This document shows positions 27,970-32,243 of a DNA stretch of 32,243 nucleotides, piece by piece (position 1 is the first letter of the stretch; every line of letters starts with the position of its first letter). The DNA is from Candidatus Eiseniibacteriota bacterium (GTDB taxonomy: Bacteria; Eisenbacteria; RBG-16-71-46; DASYSL01). Below the pieces are notes generated by a model. The model had not been told where the DNA came from and did no database searches. It saw only the letters and a program-made list of their open reading frames with translations. Position numbers and translations under genes: made by a program. The stretch spans positions 1 to 32,243 of the forward strand of contig JANPEF010000012.1 in NCBI GenBank assembly GCA_031431875.1, given 5' to 3'.

Positions 27970-28596
27970 TCATGGCGGCGTCGGCTGGCCCGTCACGTCG
28001 ACCCCGCCGTGCCGCTCCATCCGCGATGCCAGGTGCCGCCGCACGTCCGGCCACTCCTCGGCCAGCAGGCTGAACATCACGCTGTCGCGGGCCGAGCCGT
28101 CGCGCCGCCGGGCGTGATGGCGCAGGACGCCGTCCTGCTTCGCGCCCAGCGCGGCGATCGCCCTCTGCGAGGCGAAGTTGAAGTTGTCCGTCCGCAAGCC
28201 CACCACGCGGCAGCCCAGAGTCTCGAACGCGTGCGCGAAGATCAGGCGCTTGCATGCCGTGTTGACGTGCGAGCGCTGGCGGCTCTGCGCGTACCACGTG
28301 TAGCCGACCTCGACGCGGTCGATGTCAGCGACAATGTCGTGGTAGCGCGTGCTGCCGACGATCGTGTCGGTCGCGAGGTCGCGCACGACCCACGGCAGCA
28401 TGTGGCCCGCGGCCTGGCCGGCGAGCGCGGTGGCGAGGTACGCATCGGTCTCGTCGGGCGCGGGGACCGTCGTGTACCACAGTTCCCACAGACGGCCGTC
28501 GGCGGCGGCGGCGCGGACGGCGGCGCTGTGATCGGCGGTGAGCGGCTCGAGGCGAACGCCGTGGCCCTCGAGCGTGACGGGTGCAATCCGGATCAT
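27970..28596 (-). CDS. GNAT family N-acetyltransferase (RimJ/RimL-like)
   Basis: VRLEPL, VGSTRY, VEVGYTWY, NFASQRAIAALGAKQDGVLR. ATG after GGAG. Confidence 0.9.
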   Translation of the reverse strand: MIRIAPVTLEGHGVRLEPLTADHSAAVRAAAADGRLWELWYTTVPAPDETDAYLATALAGQAAGHMLPWVVRDLATDTIVGSTRYHDIVADIDRVEVGYTWYAQSRQRSHVNTACKRLIFAHAFETLGCRVVGLRTDNFNFASQRAIAALGAKQDGVLRHHARRRDGSARDSVMFSLLAEEWPDVRRHLASRMERHGGVDVTGQPTPP

Positions 28597-28696
28597 GCGG
28601 GATCTCCTTTCGGACGGAGCATGCCTCAACGACAGCCTTGCCCGCAGCGGCAATGTGGCGAACTCATGGGGTCGCTTCCGCACAAGGAGAGGTCCC

Positions 28697-28830
28697 GTGA
28701 ACATCGATCCTGCAATCGGGGGGCAGCCTGCGCGGGCTCACCACCGCGGCCTCGACCTGGATCGTCCTGCGCGGCTTCCGCGGAATCGAGCGGGTGTGGC
28801 GCAAGCGGCACCCTCGCGTGCACCCGAGCG
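28697..28830 (+). pseudogene. MgtC/SapB-family remnant (frameshifted, internally deleted)
   Basis: AAGGAG RBS + GTG (MNIDP), then in a different frame ILQSGGSLRGLTTAASTW-IVLRGFRGIERVW, matching the MgtC signature GLTTAA(S/T)xW. End coordinate approximate. Confidence 0.6.
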
Positions 28831-28871
28831 CGCGACGCACCGGGACGATCGGCGGGGAGGAGTCCCGGCCG

Positions 28872-29954
28872 TCAGGCCGGAACCGCCACCGTCTCCAGCG
28901 TCTCGCAAATGAGATCGCCCGTCTCGTCGGTGGGCAGTGCGCCCGTCGTCAGCGACGGGATGCGCTTCGTGCGCACCAGTTCCATGACCGCGGCTTCGAC
29001 GCGCTGCGAAGCGCGCGTCTCGCCCAGGTAGTCGAGCATCATCTGCACGGCCATCACGGTCGCCACCGGCGAGCTCACGTTCTTGCCCGCGTACTTGGGG
29101 GCCGAGCCGTGGATCGGCTCGAACATCGAGACTTGGCCCGGGTGGATGTTGCCCGAGGCGGCCGCGCCCATCCCGCCCTGCAGCATGGCGCCCAGGTCGG
29201 TGATGATGTCGCCGAACATGTTGCCCACGACGGCGACGTCGAACCACTCGGGGTTCTTCACCATCCACATGCAGGCGGCGTCGATGTAGGCGTGGTCGCG
29301 CGTGATGTCGGGGTACTCGGCGCCGACCTCCTCGAAGGTGCGCGTCCACAGGTCCATGGCGCGGATCGCGTTCGCCTTGTCGATCATCAGCAGCTTGTTC
29401 TGCTTCGCCCGCTTGCGCGCCAGGTCGAAGGCGTAGCGGATGACGCGCTCGGTGCCCTTGCGGGTGAAGATCATCTCCTGGATGGCGACCTCGTCGGGCG
29501 TGCCTTTCTTGAAGATGCCGCCGATGCCCGTGTAGACGTCCTCGGTGTTCTCGCGCACGAAGATCATGTCGATATCGGCCGGCCCCTTGTCCTTGAGCGG
29601 GCACAGGTGCTCGGCGTAGAGCTTGACCGGGCGCAGGTTGACGTACAGGTCGAGCCCGAAGCGCAGCCCCGAGATGATCGCCCGCTCGAGGAAGCCCACC
29701 TCGATGCGCGGATCGCCGATCGCGCCCAGCAGGATCGCGTGCTGGCCCTTGATCTCGTCGAGCGCCGAGGCGGGGAGCGTCTCCTTGCTCTTGAGCCAGT
29801 GCTCGGCGCCGAACGGGTAGGCGGTCGTCGCGTAGGTGAAGCCCTCGAGCTTCGCCACCCGGTCGAGCACCTTCACGCCCTCGCGAACGACCTCGGGGCC
29901 GATGCCGTCGCCGCCGAGGACCGCGATGTCGTAGTGCCGCTTCGCCGCGCTCAC
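28872..29954 (-). CDS. leuB: 3-isopropylmalate dehydrogenase-like beta-decarboxylating dehydrogenase
   Basis: [49 protein letters not shown] overlap with the leuA-like gene. Exact substrate not certain. Confidence 0.8.
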   Translation of the reverse strand: MSAAKRHYDIAVLGGDGIGPEVVREGVKVLDRVAKLEGFTYATTAYPFGAEHWLKSKETLPASALDEIKGQHAILLGAIGDPRIEVGFLERAIISGLRFGLDLYVNLRPVKLYAEHLCPLKDKGPADIDMIFVRENTEDVYTGIGGIFKKGTPDEVAIQEMIFTRKGTERVIRYAFDLARKRAKQNKLLMIDKANAIRAMDLWTRTFEEVGAEYPDITRDHAYIDAACMWMVKNPEWFDVAVVGNMFGDIITDLGAMLQGGMGAAASGNIHPGQVSMFEPIHGSAPKYAGKNVSSPVATVMAVQMMLDYLGETRASQRVEAAVMELVRTKRIPSLTTGALPTDETGDLICETLETVAVPA

Positions 29955-31192
29955 GCCCCCACCGCGGCGTGCTTCGCGATGGCGTGCACCTCGTCCTTGG
30001 AGAGGACGCGCGGCGAAGCCTTCGCGGCCTTGAACACGGCCTGGACGACGGGCTCCGCCGCCTCGTAGCCATGCTTCTCCAGCCAGAACACCACGTTCGA
30101 GAGGCCGCTCATCGGTCCCACCTCGATCTCCTGTTCGCGGCCGACCATGCTGGCCGGCACCCCGGAATACACGCGATCGGCGAGCCACGCGTCGCCCTTC
30201 TTGAACGCCTTGATGACGGCCGCGGCGTGGACGCCGGTGCCGGTGCGGAATGCGTCGCGGCCCACGACCGGGTAGTTGATGGGAATCGGCACCTCGGTCG
30301 ATTCGGAGACGACGCGGCAGTAGTCGGGCAGCGCCGACAGGTCGTGGTCGATCCAGCCCATGAGCTGCAGGTTGACCAGGAGCTGGTCCATCGCCGTGTT
30401 GCCGACGCGCTCGCCGATGCCGATCGCGCAGGCGTGCAGGCGATCGGCGCCGGCCGCCGCGGCCGCGATCGAGTTGATGACGCCGAGCCCGCGGTCGGCG
30501 TGGCCGTGCCAGTCGAGCTTCACGGTGGGATCGATCGTGTCGAGGTAGGCGCGCGTCCAGCGGATCAGGTTCGCCGCGCCGTCGGGCGTGGCGTGGCCGC
30601 AGGTGTCGCACACGCAGATGCGGCGCGCGCCGCAGCGGATCGCGGTGGCGAACAGCTGCTTGAGCGTGTCGGGGTGGGCGCGGGTCGTGTCCTCGGTCAC
30701 GTACATGACCTCGAGGCCTTCCTTCACCGCGAACGAGACGGCCTTCTCGGTGTGCATCAGCATCGTCTCGAGCGGCCAGTCCTCGGCGTACTGGCGGATC
30801 GGCGAGCTGCCGATGAACGTGCACACCTCGATCGGGATGCCCGCCTTCTGCTGGATCTCGGCCACCGGGCGGATGTCCGCCTCGAGCGTGCGCGCCGCGC
30901 AGTTCGCCTTCACGTTGAGCCGCGCGCTCTTGATCTCCTGCGCCAGCCGCAGCACGTGCTCGACGACGTGGGGCCCGGCGCCGGGCAGCCCGATGTCGGC
31001 GGTCTGGATGCCCAGGCGATCGATCAGGTGGAGGATCTCGATCTTCTTCTCGATCGACGGCGACGTGACGCTGGGCGACTGCAGGCCGTCGCGCAGGGTC
31101 TCGTCGTCGAACTCGAGCACGCGCGCCGGGCGCGGCCAGACCTGGTTCTCGAGGTTCCAGTCATAGATGAGGTCGTGATCAGCGGGACGCAT
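29951..31192 (-). CDS. 2-isopropylmalate synthase-like DRE-TIM enzyme lacking the C-terminal regulatory domain
   Basis: DETLRDGLQ, EDTTR, CDTCG, HGHADRG, GIGERVGN, GVHA, GPMSG; 413 aa. Confidence 0.85.
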   Translation of the reverse strand: MRPADHDLIYDWNLENQVWPRPARVLEFDDETLRDGLQSPSVTSPSIEKKIEILHLIDRLGIQTADIGLPGAGPHVVEHVLRLAQEIKSARLNVKANCAARTLEADIRPVAEIQQKAGIPIEVCTFIGSSPIRQYAEDWPLETMLMHTEKAVSFAVKEGLEVMYVTEDTTRAHPDTLKQLFATAIRCGARRICVCDTCGHATPDGAANLIRWTRAYLDTIDPTVKLDWHGHADRGLGVINSIAAAAAGADRLHACAIGIGERVGNTAMDQLLVNLQLMGWIDHDLSALPDYCRVVSESTEVPIPINYPVVGRDAFRTGTGVHAAAVIKAFKKGDAWLADRVYSGVPASMVGREQEIEVGPMSGLSNVVFWLEKHGYEAAEPVVQAVFKAAKASPRVLSKDEVHAIAKHAAVGA

Positions 31193-31260
31193 GGGGCTCC
31201 GTTCCGGAGGAGGGGTGCGATCGGAGGCAGCCGCGCCGGGCGCGGCCGCATGGGGCTCCG
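31188..31260 (-). repeat. 14-bp direct repeat of RBS+ATG (CGGAGCCCCATGCG) in the leuA-like leader
   Basis: Identical copies at 31188-31201 and 31247-31260, 59 nt apart. Confidence 0.8.
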
Positions 31261-31269
31261 AAGGAGCCT

Positions 31270-31298
31270 AGGTTGCCGCGCCGGGGCGGGGGTGTCAA
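31270..31298 (-). promoter_or_regulatory. Putative sigma70 promoter for the leuA-like/leuB operon
   Basis: Minus strand perfect TTGACA (31298-31293), 17-nt spacer, CAACCT. An alternative TAGGCT lies 5 nt further on. Confidence 0.5.
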
Positions 31299-31332
31299 GG
31301 CGGGCGGACGACCTGCCGATCACCCGGGGACC

Positions 31333-32100
31333 ATGCGCCCCCCCGTGCTCCCGATTCTGCTCGCCCTGTGCGTCTTTGCGGCCGGCTGCTCGACCGACGA
31401 GGCGGCCGAGCGCGGCGCCGCCGAGGGGCGACTCGCCGCACGGTTGCGTATCGAGCACTCCGGCGAAGACACCCTCACCTTCACCTCGCCCGACGCCGTG
31501 GCCGGCGATCGCCAGTTGCCGGAGCCGATCCGCCGCGCCCTGCGCCAGCCGCTCGAGTCATGGACACTGTCGTGGCGGCTCGCGCTGCCGGCGCTGCGCC
31601 TCGACCAGTTCGCGCGCGGCGCGACGCTGAACTTCGCCGCGGCCGCAGCCGTGCCCTACGACGGAAGCCTCGACGGTGCCGAGCTGCGGCTCCAGCACCT
31701 GGTCGTGCCGTCGCCCGCGGTGTGGCTGCTGGTCGACCCATTCCTCGACCTCGAGCTCGAGACCAGCGACGAGGGCGGCGTCCGGGCGCTGCGCATCGAC
31801 GAGCCCGGGATCGCGGTCGTCGACCTGCAGGCGCGCACCGAGCGGCGTGTCCTCGATCTGCCGCAGGGCTCCTGCGTCGACGGGGCGCACTGGCTCGACG
31901 AGCGTCGAGTCGTCGTCCTGGTCGACGAGCCTGCGCCCGGCGGGCGCCGCCCCGTGCTCTACCTGGTGCACGTTGCCGCCGAGAACGCGGTTCGCTACTT
32001 CGGCCCGGCCGCCCCGGCGGCCGATGCACGTGCGGCCCGGACCGACCTCGATCGTCGGTTCCGGGCCGCCCGCCCCGATCTCGAAGTGGCGGCACGCTAA
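31333..32100 (+). CDS. Hypothetical lipoprotein
   Basis: MRPPVLPILLALCVFAAGC lipobox, GC3-rich codons. Confidence 0.75.
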   Translation: MRPPVLPILLALCVFAAGCSTDEAAERGAAEGRLAARLRIEHSGEDTLTFTSPDAVAGDRQLPEPIRRALRQPLESWTLSWRLALPALRLDQFARGATLNFAAAAAVPYDGSLDGAELRLQHLVVPSPAVWLLVDPFLDLELETSDEGGVRALRIDEPGIAVVDLQARTERRVLDLPQGSCVDGAHWLDERRVVVLVDEPAPGGRRPVLYLVHVAAENAVRYFGPAAPAADARAARTDLDRRFRAARPDLEVAAR

Positions 32101-32162
32101 ATGAGTTCGCGTGATTCGGAGACGGAACTCCTGCGGCCGGCGGAAACGCCGGTCGAGAACTG

Positions 32163-32212
32163 CCGAACATCCCAGTTGACTCGCACCAGTGCGAGTCAAC
32201 TGGGCTGTTCGG
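32163..32212. repeat. Long inverted repeat containing 28-bp palindrome P3 (32174-32201)
   Basis: CCGAACA-t-CCCAGTTGACTCGCAC-CA-GTGCGAGTCAACTGGG-c-TGTTCGG: 16-bp perfect stem plus a 7-bp outer stem. Confidence 0.9.
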
Positions 32213-32243
32213 TCGCGCGTGGCGGCACCGGGATGCCTTCGGC

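Noticed and set aside
10692..32201. Palindromes as integron attC sites or CRISPR repeats
   Set aside because: The order is GTT...AAC rather than RYYYAAC...GTTRRRY, they are too short, and they lack extrahelical bases. They are kilobases apart and not identical, and no integrase or cas gene is present.
32101..32243. Open frame from ATG 32101 to the window edge
   Set aside because: No RBS, atypical codons, and it runs through the long palindrome; cannot be supported

Overview
High-GC (~70% by eye) bacterial chromosomal window. The gene content (multiple Hanks kinase-TPR proteins, CXXCH-type NrfA) suggests an Eisenbacteria/Gemmatimonadota/Acidobacteriota-like lineage, but this is inference only. 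Left to right on the minus strand: a TPR + purple-acid-phosphatase fusion running off the left edge (absent from the ORF track) and a monoheme cytochrome c. Then a long plus-strand run: EF-G2, ruvCAB, aqpZ, queA, lipoprotein, cyclophilin, Ser/Thr kinase, META lipoprotein, DinB-like, small membrane protein, internally shortened YjbR, SnoaL-like, O-methyltransferase, second kinase, nrfH, nrfA and a K-channel-like mini protein. Next come a third kinase and pccB (minus); aminotransferase, a type II toxin-antitoxin pair, enoyl-CoA hydratase and TauE (plus); GNAT (minus); an MgtC remnant; leuA-like and leuB-like genes (minus); and a lipoprotein. No rRNA, tRNA, CRISPR array or transposase was recognised. 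The most notable unexplained structure is three related intergenic 28-bp palindromes with an identical 11-6-11 dif/Xer-like layout. Others are the channel-like gene coupled to nrfA, two genes with apparent internal deletions, a duplicated RBS+ATG leader ahead of the leuA-like gene, and a probable CTG start for queA.
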